The notes below the pieces were generated by a model. It saw nothing but the letters and a program-made list of their open reading frames with translations, was not told the DNA's origin and did not search any database. From assembly GCF_006345805.1 (NCBI RefSeq), contig NC_043009.1:1550001-1614000 (forward strand): DNA of 64,000 nucleotides. The letters run 5' to 3'. Numbering within the stretch: position 1 is the stretch's first letter; every line of letters starts with the position of its first letter. The DNA comes from Octopus sinensis (taxonomy: Eukaryota). Both the position numbers and the translations under genes were made by a program. This document shows positions 25,781 through 37,988 of this stretch, one piece after another.

Positions 25781-26420
25781 AATAAAAACACCCCGAGTCT
25801 TTTAATATAAAAAGGCCCAGTAAGGCTGCAAGGTGGCAGAATCGTTAGCATGCCAATCAAAAGGCTGAGTGGTGTTTTGTCTGTCCTTATGTTCTGAGTT
25901 CAAATTCTGCTAAGGTAGACTTTGCATTTTCATCCTTTTGAATTCGATAACATAAGTACCAGAGGTTGATAGAAATCAGCTTACCTTCTACACAAAAATT
26001 GCTGGCCTTGTGCCTAAATTGGAAACCAATGTATAATGCCAGAAATTCTGAAGGCTTGGGGTTTTGTTATTATAATCAGATCTAGTAATTAATTAACTGG
26101 CATTTTGGTTAATTAAGCCAACAAAGATGAAAAGCTAAGTTGCATATTAAGCTTTAAACTATCAAAACGATTATGAAGAAGAACCTTATAAACTCTACTA
26201 AGGATGTTAAAGTAATTATTTATAAACCAGGCATAAATAATTAAATAGTGAAATATATATGACGTGGCTCTTATTTATATCTGTTTTATATTTCTTAACA
26301 TGTAACATAATACAGTCATAGATTATTAGGCTGAAAATATCAGTGAAGTAGGTTTATGTTTGGCAGTTGTCTCCCTTCTATTATTCTTATTCCTATTATA
26401 GACACCCTACACTCAAAACA

Positions 26421-26714
26421 GTGGAGGCACATACGGCCTAGTGGTTAGAGCAGCGAACTCGCGGTCGAGGGATCACGGGTTCGAATCTCAGACCGGGAGA
26501 TGTGTGTGTTTATGAGCGAAACACCTAAGCTCCACGCGGCTCCGGCAGAAGGTAATGGCGAACTTCTGCTGACTCTTTCTCTCACTCTTTCCTCCTGCAT
26601 CTTGCAGCTCAATTGCGTCGGACTGGCATTCCGTCCAGGTGGGGAACCTATACACCAAGGTAGCTGAAAATCTGGCCCTATGAGCCAGGTGTGGTTCGAG
26701 AAGGAACAAACAAC
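26421..26714 (+). mobile_element. Young tRNA-headed SINE, family C
   Basis: ggcctagtggttagagc (A box), gggttcgaatctc (B box), many intact CpGs, 3' non-tRNA body. Confidence 0.8.
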
Positions 26715-27177
26715 ACTCAAAACATGCATATGTATGCTTTATGATGCATTTACACACACACACTGTGTGTGTGTATTTAATTTATATATATATCATCGTT
26801 TAACGTTCGCCTTCCATACTGGCATGGGTGGGACGATATATGTGTGTGTGTGTATGTATATATATATATATATACATATATAAGACAAGGTATAAATATC
26901 AACACATTGGTAGGTAGTCCCTTTTTCTATCAAGTTCTGACCCTGAGGAAATATTCAATTAACTATAATTCAATATGAATTTTTAATAAGATTTTTCTCT
27001 AATTTGAATTAATTAATTGGACATGGAAGCAATTGTAGGTCCTCTGAGTTTTAAATTTTGTTCAAAATTAGATTTGTTTCAATAAATTCATGTCTACATG
27101 CCAAGTTCTTCATTTCCTTCTTTTTCTTATCCAGAATTGGTAATATACTCATATCCATCAATGTGAAGCTAGTATCT

Positions 27178-27408
27178 ATTTCTTTACTACCCACAAGGGG
27201 CTAAACACAGAGAGGACAAACAAGGACAGACAAACGGATTAAGTTGATTATATCAACACCAGTGCGTAACTGGTACTTAATTTATCTACCCCGAAAGAAT
27301 GAAAGGCAAAGTCAACCTCGGCGGAATTTGAACTCAGAATGTAACGGCAGACAAAATACAGCTACGCATTTTGCCCGGTGTGCTAACCACTCTGCCAGCT
27401 CGCCGCCT
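27178..27408 (-). mobile_element. Full-length tRNA-derived SINE, family B, with 18-bp TSD
   Basis: Head ggcggcgagctggcagagtggttagc ... tctgagttcaaattccgccgagg. TSD aatgtgaagctagtatct (27160-27177) / aatgtgaagctaatatct (27409-27426). Other family B copies at about 14299-14490, 24130-24310, 25826-26030, 34020-34240, 37435-37622 and 45415-45610. Confidence 0.9.
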
Positions 27409-27918
27409 AATGTGAAGCTAATATCTTTTAAGTATTTCATTGATACAGTAGATAAAACCATGGAACCAGGATACTGACATCCCTTTAAGGGGCATTTATA
27501 TCCTTGAAATGATTAATACATACATATATATATATAAGAAATTATTAAGATTCAGTTGAATTAGTTTCTTAAGTTGACACACCAGCTCAGTCCGGTATAA
27601 TCCACACAGCTCAAAGTAAGGGGAATAAAATCAAAATAAGCAACAGGATGTCAATTATTAGTGCAATACAACCGTTTCAAGTGGCTACATGTAATTGAAC
27701 AATGCAAGCAGTACATCAATTCAAATACAGCACCATCTTCAGTTGCAAGAAATATGGATTTTCAACAGACAAGACATATTAATATAATTTTTCTCAAATA
27801 TTTTATCAGAGCTAGAGGATGAACGAATTTCATGTTGCCACTATTGCAACAAAAATAAGCAAAGAGGAGCACAACTAAAATTGACATCTTGCTACTTATT
27901 TTGATTATATATATATAT

Positions 27919-28325
27919 GGCGCAGGAGTGGCTGTGTGGTAAGTAGCTTGCTAACCAACCACATGGTTCCGGGTTCAGTCCCACTGCATGGCATCTTGGG
28001 CAAGTGTCTTCTGCTATAGCCCCGGGCCGACCAATGCCTTGTGAGTGGATTTGGTAGACGGAAACTGAAAGAAGCCTGTCGTATATATGTATGTATATAT
28101 ATATGCGTGTGTGTGTTTGTGTGTCTGTGTTTGTCCCCCTAGCATTGCTTGACAACCGATGCTGGTGTGTTTACGTCCCCGTCACTTAGCAGTTCGGCAT
28201 AAGAGACCGATAGAATAAGTACTAGGCTTACAAAGAATGAGTCCTGGGGTCGATTTGCTCGACTAAAGGCGGTGCTCCAGCATGGCCGCAGTCAAATGAC
28301 TGAAACAAGTAAAAGAGTAAAAGAG
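27919..28325 (+). mobile_element. Full-length tRNA-derived SINE, family A (central microsatellite)
   Basis: Head ggcgcaggagtggctgtgtggt (A box) ... ggttcagtccc (B box), (TA/TG)n middle, tail gtcaaatgactgaaacaagtaaaagagtaaaaga; CpG-rich. Confidence 0.9.
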
Positions 28326-29308
28326 TATATGCACACACACTAAAATACACATCATCAACAGCATTTTATGTCTGTCTTCCACACTGGCATGGGTTAGATC
28401 TGAGTGGTCAGAGTTCTTGTTGTCCACTTTGATATGGTTTTTAGGGTTGGATGCCTTTCCTAGCGCTCACATCAACCTGTGTACATGTGTGGTGTGTGTG
28501 TACAAGAAGAAAAATCACTGCTTATGACCCTTTACAAGGAACAGGGTCTTTGCGATTGATGGAAGGGGAAAAAAAAAGGTATCCTTAAACCAAAGATCTG
28601 GTATGAGTACTTGTAAGAGACTAGGCTAAAGTCACTGAAGGGGCCAGATGAGGGAGTTAAATGATTCAATAGATCAAAGTCTTCAACTCGTATTTCTTTA
28701 TTCTTTTACTTATTTCAGTCATTTGACGGCAGCCATGCTGGAGCACTGCCTTGAAGGGTTTTTTTTAGTCGAATGAATTAACCCCATTAGTTATTTCTTT
28801 TTAAAGCCCAGTACTTATTTCTTTTTAAAGCCCAGTACTTATTCTGTTGGTGTCTTTTTGCCCAACTGCTAAGTTACAGGGATGTAAACACACCAACACT
28901 GGTTGTCAAGCAGTGAGGGGGAGACAAACACAAAGACACACATATATACATACATGCGTACACAACGGACTTCTTTCATTCTCCGTCTACCAAATCCACT
29001 CACAAGGCTTTGGTTGGCCAGAGGCTTTAGTGGAAGATACTTGCCTAAGGTGCCATGCAATGGGACTGAACCCAGAACCATGTGGTTGGGAAGCAAGCTT
29101 CTTACCACAAAGCCACAGGAATAGAACTTGCTACCTCATGGTTGTGAGCCTGACGCTCTAACCACTGAGCCATGCACTTTCACATATATGTATATGTATA
29201 TATAAACGGACAATAATATATATATATATATAATGTGCATGTAATGATACACATCATTGAAGAACAGAATGGAATAAGCAGAGCAAGAGCACATGTGAAG
29301 ATGGAAAG

Positions 29309-29353
29309 TGTTGCTGAAGAGGTCACAGATGTGTGACGAAAGATTTCTGGACA
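29309..29353 (+). ncRNA. Fossil hammerhead-like motif
   Basis: CTGAAGA-g-gtcaca gatg tgtgac-GAAA-gatt-TC-tggaca. Perfect 6-bp stem II; stem I largely broken. Confidence 0.35.
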
Positions 29354-29632
29354 ATGGACAATGAGTCAGAATAAGAACAGTAATAAATGAGTGAAGAACG
29401 GGTGTATAGTGTGTGTGTTTATTTGGCCAAAAGAAAAAAAAAAGGCAAAAAATGACCATCCCCAAATACAACACTGTATATCATCATGTATACATACACA
29501 TATGCTACATATACATGTACATACATATATATACACCACCACAATATATATATGTTTTTATTATTCTTTTTCAATTTACTTAATCATCGATATATTATTG
29601 TTATTTTAATTTTAATATTTCTATTATATATA

Positions 29633-30146
29633 TACTAGCAGTATCGCCCGGCGTTGCTCGGGTTTGTAATGGAAATAACTATGTAAGCATTTTTAGAGAG
29701 TTACTTCCCTTATAGATGCCAATTCGGGCTTTCTTAGCCATTTCTGTTTTGGTGTCTTCAAGCCATGAAGTCGTTCTAAAAGAACGCTGGTCTCCTTGAC
29801 AACGCTTTACGACGTTGATTTCCTTGCACTCCCTTCCCCACAGCTTCACGAGGGAGGGAAGAAGGGGGAGAAGCAACACAGGTGCAGATGTGAGCGTGGA
29901 CGCCAACACCGCTGCCATCGACACACGAAAAATTATGCATTAAAATGGAATAAAAAATGATGTTAAATTATTTTTAAAATCGTAGACTCATCGTAGACGT
30001 GCGCTAATACTCAGACGGGCTCGATATGAATCACGACTATAAGATACCCGAATTTGGTTAAACTGCACCGCAAAATGTGGGAGTAGTTAGGAATCTAAAT
30101 CGAAGGGGACAGACACTCACACAACTACAGTTTTATATATATAGAT
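29633..30146. mobile_element. Non-autonomous Helitron/Helentron-like element (HINE-type)
   Basis: One end tactagcagtatcgcccggcgttgctcggg (GC hairpin), the other ...gacagacactcacacaactacagttttatatatatagat. CpG-rich relative to flanks; no ORF. Confidence 0.6.
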
Positions 30147-30689
30147 TTTCTAGATGATGTAATTTAATTGTTCATTTTGAATTGATAAAAGGTGTTTTTT
30201 TTCTAATTTTTATATATATATTATATTGTGTGAAATTTGATTTAGTATTTTTTAACTGAATTTTTCCCTCTAAGTTAGGATTAATATTCCCTCAAATAAT
30301 ATATATATATATATATTTGAATATGTGTATAGATATACAATTTATAAGTGTGTGTGTATGCATATCTATCATTCTTGCTCTCTTCCCCTGTACGGATGTG
30401 TAAAGACACACACACGCAAACACACATAGACAGAAAGAGAAAAGAAGGGATGGTGAGAGAGAGATCTCCATGATAGCAAAGCACAGGCAGTTGGTTGTTC
30501 CTGTCTCAGGATGTACTGTATGGCTTTGTTTCAGTGAGAAGCTCAAAATATCTTCAAGATTAGCGCTTACAGACAGGACTGGAGTATAAGTGTAATCGGT
30601 GAATAGCAGCAATTGTAGTATTGGTGGTAGTCATATTCATGGTAGTTGTGGAGCTGCTGCTGGCCGAGGTGGTTGTGGTGGCGGTAGTG

Positions 30690-31170
30690 GTGATGGTGGT
30701 TGCAATGATGGTGGCGGTGGTTGTGGCAATGGTGGGACTGATGTGGTGATGGTGATTGTAGTGGTTGTGGTAGTGGTGATGGTGGTTGTGGTGGTGATTG
30801 TGGTGATGGTGGTAGTGATGATGGTGGTGGTGAAAATGGTGGTTGTGGTGGTGGTGATGATGGTTGTGGTGCTGATTGTGGTGGTGGTGGTGATTGTGGT
30901 AATGGTGGTAGTGATGGTTGTGGTGATGGTGGTGGTTGTGATGGTGATGGTGGTGGTGATGGTGGTGATGATGGTGGTGGTGGTCGGGGTGGTGGTGGTG
31001 ATGGTGGTGGTGGTGGTGATGGTGGTTGTGATGGTGGTGGTGATGGTGGTGGTGGTTGTGATGGTTGTAGTGACAGTGCTGGCAGTGGTGATGGTAGTGA
31101 TAGTGAAGACAGTGCTGGTGGTGGTAGTCTGAATGGTACTGGTGATAGTGATGGTGGTGGTGGTGGTGGT
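30690..31170. repeat. (GGT/GAT/GTT)n trinucleotide field
   Basis: Source of the poly-Val ORF 30599..31132; similar fields at about 23560-23960, 55550-55840 and 62600-63900. Confidence 0.9.
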
Positions 31171-31338
31171 GCTAGTACAATGGCATAGAGTAGTAAGTTC
31201 CCATGGTCAGAGAGTCTACTGTTTATTCATAAACAAAGGTAAGCTCATTATATTCTGCACCAGGTGAAACTGCAGACGACTTCTTTTGTAATATTATAAG
31301 TCAACGTGTGCGTGTAAGTGAGTGTGCATGTATACATG

Positions 31339-31380
<42 letters not shown>

Positions 31381-31771
31381 GGGTGGAGGTGTTGGTGGGA
31401 TCTTGGTGCAACAGTTTGTTTGATGAATTTAACTTACAGATGATTGTAATACAATCACCATCATCATCATCCTCCTCCTGATCACCATCATCATCATCAT
31501 CATCATCATCCTCCTGATCATCATCATCATCCTGATCACCAATCATTGTCATCATAATTGCTGTCATCATTGTTATCCTCATTACCATCATCATCGTCAT
31601 CATCAACATAATCATCACCATTGCTAACGTAATTATGAAAACCAGCTAACAGGGAGATCTTTATGCGATCTTCTGAACTGCTAGAAAAAGCAACCAATAC
31701 TCCCTCAAACATCTTACTCTAACATCTTACAAAAAAAAACAAGAAAAGGGCTCATTGAATATCTTGCTGTT

Positions 31772-32165
31772 ATCTGTAATAATAAACTCAAAATTCTGTC
31801 TGTCCGTCTGTCTATCTCAGTCCACATCTCAATGGTAGTTGTGGAGCTGCTGCTGGCCGAGGTGGTTGTGGTGGTGGTAGTGGTGATGGTATACCATACT
31901 ATACTTTTCTGGAATTAGGAGATCCTGGGATTGAAAATCTGTCTTTCATTTGCTTCTTGAACATCCAGCATTGGGATTAGGTCTGGATTAGGATTTGTTA
32001 TAAGCTAACAGTTGAAAACTGAAAATTAAAAAAAACTCCAAAAATTTTTGAACTTAGAAGTTTTTCATTTAAACTGAATTCAAAGTAATACCATATTGGC
32101 AAGGTACCAATAAATGCTTCATTATTATTGCTCTCTTTAGTTCGGGGCCACAGGCCCAATTAGCA
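31772..32165. mobile_element. Degenerate HINE-like element containing a copy of neighbouring DNA
   Basis: Starts tatctgtaataataaactcaaaattctgtctgtccgtctgtc, ends with hairpin gggccacaggccc; 31832-31890 duplicates 30639-30697. Confidence 0.35.
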
Positions 32166-32789
32166 CTTTGCAGGAGCTAACATAACAGTCTACATGGGGT
32201 GCGGCTTTTAAGATACTACCTTGAAGTCAATAGGTGTAGGTTAAAGTTTTGCCTAATTGTTTGCCTTTCCTCACTATGTTAACCCACTGATTCGAATTCG
32301 TTCTGAGGTAACTTATATGGTGCAAATGAGCTGAAATAACAGCTAAATATGATATCTGCTATTCTTGTTCCCCCCATGGGGTTTGTTTTGCCTGGTTTGA
32401 GTACTCAGCGTTTATTTTAACATGTAATGTTTTAAAGGGACATTCTACAGCTACCAAATCCACTCCCAGGCCTTCGGTTGGTCCAAGGCTGTAAGAGAAG
32501 AGACTTGCCCAAGGTGGCATGCAGTGGGACTGAACCCCAAACCAAGTGGTTAGGAAGCAAACTTCTTACCTCACAGCTACACCCAGGTATATAATCTTGT
32601 ATACATACATGTAAATTATACTTTACTGAGAGTCCAATGAAAACTAACGGGCAAAAACTTCGAAGTCACTATACCACTCTGCTTTTTATAGTATAATAAC
32701 TATCGTGCTTTACAAAAAGTATTGAACAATTTGATTTAATGTAAAATTGTTTTTATTCTAACTTGACATAAACACACAAACACACACAC

Positions 32790-32858
<69 letters not shown>

Positions 32859-33059
32859 ACATGGGAGAGTGTATGTTTTGTATATTTACATTGCTTCATG
32901 AGATGAATGAATGAATGAAATAAATGGCAACAAATTCTTTCAGATTTCCTGTCTGAGGACAAAGAAACCATTTATGGCACCAACTTCCTACATCTTCTGT
33001 GATGTTTGTTCAACAGTTCATTACAGTACTCTCTCTCGAGAGACATTTAAGTGGTTCTT

Positions 33060-33930
33060 TAACCAGTTGTACTGATATCATCTATATTAACTGTTTTGTG
33101 ATATTAGCTATTACAGTATCAACATAATGGTATTACTTATGATGTCAGCAATTCCAGTGCCAATTTAAGAATATCAGCTGTTGTGATATTAATGTAATGT
33201 TATCAGCTGATATCATAACTGCTATTATGATATCAGCTGTTATGACATCGACTATAATATCAGTGATAATAGCATCAGCTCTAACAATATTAGCCGTTAT
33301 ATCAACAAAATAATGTTAGCTATTATGATATCAACATAAAAGTATCAGATTTTATGATATCAGCATAATCATATCAGTTGCTATAATGTAAAAGTAATTA
33401 ATAGTGATAAAAGCAGAAGGTGCATGCCTCAGTGGTTAGAGTGTTGAGCTTATGATAGTGAGCTTATGAGTTCAATTCCTGGATTGGGCTGTGTGTTGTG
33501 TTCTTGAGCAAGACGCTTTATTTTCACATTGCTCAGTTCACTCAGCTGTAGAAATGAGTTGCTACGTCACTGGTGCCAAGCTGTATTGGCCCCTTGCCTT
33601 TCCCTTGGATAACATCTAGGTGCAATCCCATGGTCATTCTTGACCAAAGGGGGTCTCCTCCTCAATATGAAGCAGTAATCTTGATTTCCAACTTAATGTA
33701 GCAGTTGTGTTAGACAACAGAATACTGCATTTTTATCTTGAGAGGGAATGATATCAACCATAATATCACTATGATGGTATCAGCTATAATGTTATTACCC
33801 ATTATGATATCAACATAATGATATCAGCTGCCATGACATCAAGACTGGAATTACTCGTTATATCAGCGTAACAATATCAGCTGGTTTGATATCACCATAA
33901 TATTAGCTGTTATTGAACATTCAGTATGGG
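33060..33930. repeat. Degenerate GATATC/ATCAGC-rich satellite, about 29-bp period, split by a family D SINE
   Basis: Recurrent atcagctattatgatatcaacataat-like units; a related patch at about 34640-34710. Confidence 0.6.
33417..33655 (+). mobile_element. tRNA-headed SINE, family D
   Basis: gcctcagtggttagagtg...gagttcaattcctgg head followed by gtgttgtgttcttgagcaagacgctttatttt. Minus-strand copies at about 41140-41450, 46320-46508 and 50310-50645. Confidence 0.75.
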
Positions 33931-34454
33931 ACATCAGTAACATTTGCCTTATAAAACAAATACTAGTTGAATACTGGGGTTGATGAATCAGGGGTCGATG
34001 TATTAAACTAACCCCCTCTTCCAAAATTGCTACCCTTGTGGTTAAATTTGAAACAAATATTATTATTATTATTATTATTATTAGAGCTGCTTCATGTTGC
34101 CAAAGTCAACTTAGCCTTTCATCTTTTCGGGGTTGATAAAACAAGTACCAGTTGAACACTGGGGTTGATGTAATTAACTTACCCACCCCACTCCCTGAAA
34201 TTGCTGGCCTTGTACCAAAATTTGAAAGTATTATTAGAGCTGCTTCTAATTCAAAATTTAATTTTGTTTCGCTTGTGCAGCACCATTGCACATCAGCAGA
34301 TAGATTCTACGCTATCAGCATATATGCCTTGGCCCAGCTAAGAAAGAGAGAGGAAGACAGAGAGAGAGAGAAAGAGAGTACTTTATAGAGAAGTTATTTG
34401 TGAAGATGACATTGGTGAGTCATTCTAATTCGTTTTGAGGCGACACAGGTATGC

Positions 34455-34497
34455 GATGCTGAAGAGCTGAAATAACAGTGAAACATCGATATCCATC
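34455..34497 (+). ncRNA. Type I hammerhead-like motif with complete core
   Basis: gatg-CTGAAGA-gctg aaataa cagt-GAAA-catcgata-TC-catc. Stem I 4 bp, stem II 4 bp (one G-U), near-palindromic stem III (acatcgatat), AUC triplet. Confidence 0.55.
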
Positions 34498-35299
34498 ATT
34501 CCCATTTACCTACGGTGAGAGTCATCTTGTCTGGTTTGAAGTATTCTGTGTTTTTTAGCCCTTGGCCACCTGGCTTCTTAAAGGGATTTCCCCACTGATA
34601 CAGTCCCACAGCTAATAAGCACACAGACAAAACCCCTACATTCAGTTTGTGACATCAGTAATAATGTCACAGTTATCATGATATCAGCCATTACATCACC
34701 ATTTAATGACCGTTGTCCATGATGGCTATGGGTTGGACAGTTTGACCAGAGCTGGTAAGCTGAGGGGGTCACACTAGACTCTGGTCTGATTTGGCATGGT
34801 TTCTATGGCTGGATACCCATCCTAACACCAACCACTGTGAGAGTGTAATGGGTGCATTTACATGCCACTGGCACAGGTGCCAGTTGTGTGTCACCAGTAT
34901 CCACCATGACTGCGATTCCACTTGGCTTGATGGGTTTTCTGCTCAAGCACGGCATTTTGCCAACCCTAAAGGGTATAAAACTGTGTGATCCCTTTAATGC
35001 CCTTTCATGCCATAACTTAGCAGTTCAACAAATAGGAGTGGATAAAGTAATTACTTGACTGAAATAAATACTGGAATTGATGAGATTAACTAAATATTTG
35101 AAGGCATTGCTCCAGTGTGGGCACAGTCTGATAACTGAAATCAGAAACACAATACAAGAATATATGTGTGTGTGTGTGTGTGTGTGTGTTTGTTTCTGCA
35201 CCAAATACATGCATACATTGACATATATGTGGGTATATATGCAGGTGTGTATATGTTTGTGTGTGTGTGTGTGGATACAATCTTGGTCCATGCCTACAA

Positions 35300-35343
<44 letters not shown>

Positions 35344-35858
35344 CCTGTGTTGTGGTAGGTTTGTGTGTGCAGTGAATTCCAAACCTACCAACTTAAATAT
35401 ATCTTAGAAGACCAAAGTAGGGGGAGAGGGGAGAGGGAGAAAAGAAGGAAAGACAAAAAAGAGGGAGAGGGGAGAGGGAGAAAAGAAGGAAAGACAAAAA
35501 AGAGGGAGAGAGGGAGGAAGGAGAAGAGGGAGAGAGGGAGGAAGGAGAAGAGGGCCAGTGGTGAAAAAAAGTGAGATAAATATTTAAAGACTAAAATAGA
35601 AAGAGGAGAGAGAGAGAAAGAGAGGGAGACAGAGAGATGTTGAGAAGGAGGGAGGGGGGCCCCCAACGGAGTGTGAGGAGATGGACAGACTGAGATACAG
35701 TGCAGACGGAATGGAGATTGGAGACACAAATAGAAACAGGGGGGGAGGAGGAAGGATTGAAAGAAAATAGCAGAGCTTAAGAGAGAGGAGGAGGAGGATG
35801 CAAGAGGGAGAGACGTTTTGAGGTAAAGAGAGAGCTGGAGACAAATATTTGTGTGCTC

Positions 35859-35889
<31 letters not shown>

Positions 35890-36405
35890 TTTATATATAT
35901 AAACACGCATGACTGTCTCTGTATGCATTATATACACACACTCATCTATGACTGTGTGTGTGTTTGTGTACAGATAGATATGTGTGAGTATGTGTAAAAG
36001 TGAGTATGTGTGTATATATATTATACACATACACTTTTACGCATGTTCACACACACATGTGGGAGAGACTGGTAGACAGACAGACAGACAGATAGAAAGA
36101 CAGATGGATAGACATACTGGCAAAATGTCAGTAAGAGAGAACAAGATAGAAAAAGAGAGAGAGAGGGGGAGAGAGAGAGAGACAGATGAAGAAAAAGAAA
36201 GAGAGAGAGAAAGAGAGAGTACTTTACAGAGAAGTTATTTGTGAAGAAGACATTGGTGAGTCATTAGTACACATTAGTGAATAGTTTGGTAACAGTAAGT
36301 TAGCTGTCTTGTTTTGGGGTGGAAATAATGGGTGTGGTACACGGAGTTGGTTAACTAAGTCTTTATTAACAAAACACTCAGCTGGAGAAATAGACACCAC
36401 CACCT

Positions 36406-36419
<14 letters not shown>

Positions 36420-36449
<30 letters not shown>

Positions 36450-36605
36450 AATCTCTCCCCCCCTCTCTCTCTCTCTTCTTCCATAATCTCTCCCTCTCTC
36501 TCTCTCTTCCATAATCTCTCCCCCCTCTCTCTCTCTCTCTCTCTTTCTTCCATAATCTCTCCCTCTCTCTCTCTTCCATAATCTCTCCCCCCCTCTCTCT
36601 CTCGT
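36420..36605. repeat. Compound minisatellite (CT)n-cttccataatctctccc, 5 units
   Basis: Core at about 36443, 36478, 36506, 36547 and 36573. Confidence 0.9.
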
Positions 36606-36809
36606 GCAGTCATATCCACAAATAGCAACGTCCAGATGTAAGATATTTCTATCAATATTTATATACCATCATCATCATCATTGCTGTTGTTTTAATATCC
36701 AATTTTCCATGCTTGTACTGGTCAGATATAATTGGAATTTGTTGAGGCAAATTTTCTATGACCAAATGCCATTCCTGTTGCATGTTTCCTAGCATGGTAA
36801 TAATAATAA

Positions 36810-36855
36810 TCTTGCCTGCCATGCGGGCAGCCCAGGTTCGATTCCTGGCCGATGC
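36810..36855 (+). pseudogene. tRNA-Gly(GCC)-like 3' two-thirds heading a ~570-bp retroposon body (to about 37430)
   Basis: cttgc-ct-GCC-at-gcggg anticodon arm, ccagg-ttcgatt-cctgg T arm and ggccgatgc acceptor 3' strand. The 5' acceptor strand and D arm are replaced by (AAT)n. Confidence 0.7.
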
Positions 36856-37636
36856 CCCAATTCCCTGATGCAGTACCAGGCAGTGGCTCTCATGGTTTCT
36901 GATCTTAACTGATTGATAGTGTTATCGTGTACATTGTTTTGTCTTGGTATAAAAGATGGGCTACAGCAAATATTCTGCTCAATACCACAGATTTGCTTGT
37001 CAGTTGTTTGCCCTTAACCAGTTTAGCACGTCCCTTAGTGGCTGACGATATGTGCATCTCTGATCATGAGCAGAAGTAGTTGGGGAGCATCATAGCCGTG
37101 TGTTGAGAGGGATTGTTTGGGGTTTGGAGAATTCACCTTTGGAAACATGGGTGTTTTGTTCAACATCCTTAAACAACCCTTATTAGGGACTTTTTGAGTG
37201 GGATGGGCTACTTGACCAGAAGAAAATTCTAACTGGGCCCCCACCTGCAAGGTCATGTGTGGTTTATCTTGATATGAGATCACCAAGTCACGCACATATG
37301 GTTGTGATGCATGTGCCTGGTGTACCCTTATCAGATGGGATGATGGGTATATTGGGCTTCGTATATTTTACCCCAGTGTCACTTTGATGGCATGCACTGC
37401 TCTCTCACTCAATAATAATAATAATAATAATGATTTCAAATTTTGGCACAAGGCCAGTAATTTTGGGAAGAGAGTAAGTGAATTGCATTGACCCCAGTAT
37501 TCAACTGGTACTTATTTTATTGACTTCAAAAGGATGAAATTTGAACTGAAAACAAGAAAATGGAAGAAATACCGCTAAGCATTTTGCCCAGCATGTTAAT
37601 GATTCTGCCAGCTTGCCACCTTAATAACAACAACAA

Positions 37637-37988
37637 GAGCACAAACCTCTGCCAAGGCAACACCAACGTCCTCTCAGCGATTGGTCAGGGAGGATTTTTT
37701 AAAATGAGAATGTCTTAAATAAACTTGACTGTTCTCACTAATGGGAATACTAAAAATAAACCCAACAGCTCTCAAAATTAAGAAAAAAAACAGAAAAATA
37801 ATCCAGAATCCTTGTCAGGTACTGGATCGATCCCAAAATCTAATCAATCCATGCCAGTCACGAGGCCTAACATCCCTGAAAGTTCCATCTGAATCCATCC
37901 AGTGGTTCTTGAGATATCTTGTCCACAGACAAACAAACATGACTGAAAACAATACCTCTGCCTTAGTAAAGGCAGAGGTAATAATAAT
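37637..37988 (+). mobile_element. Non-autonomous element with a terminal 12-bp hairpin (HINE-like); inverted partial copy at 38127-38323
   Basis: Perfect hairpin tacctctgcctt-agta-aaggcagaggta (37953-37980). 38127-38323 is the reverse complement of about 37637-37830. Confidence 0.55.

Noticed and set aside
26421-26500. Intact tRNA gene in SINE heads (also 27919, 33417)
   Set aside because: A/B boxes are present but there is no complete cloverleaf, and each continues into a repeat body.
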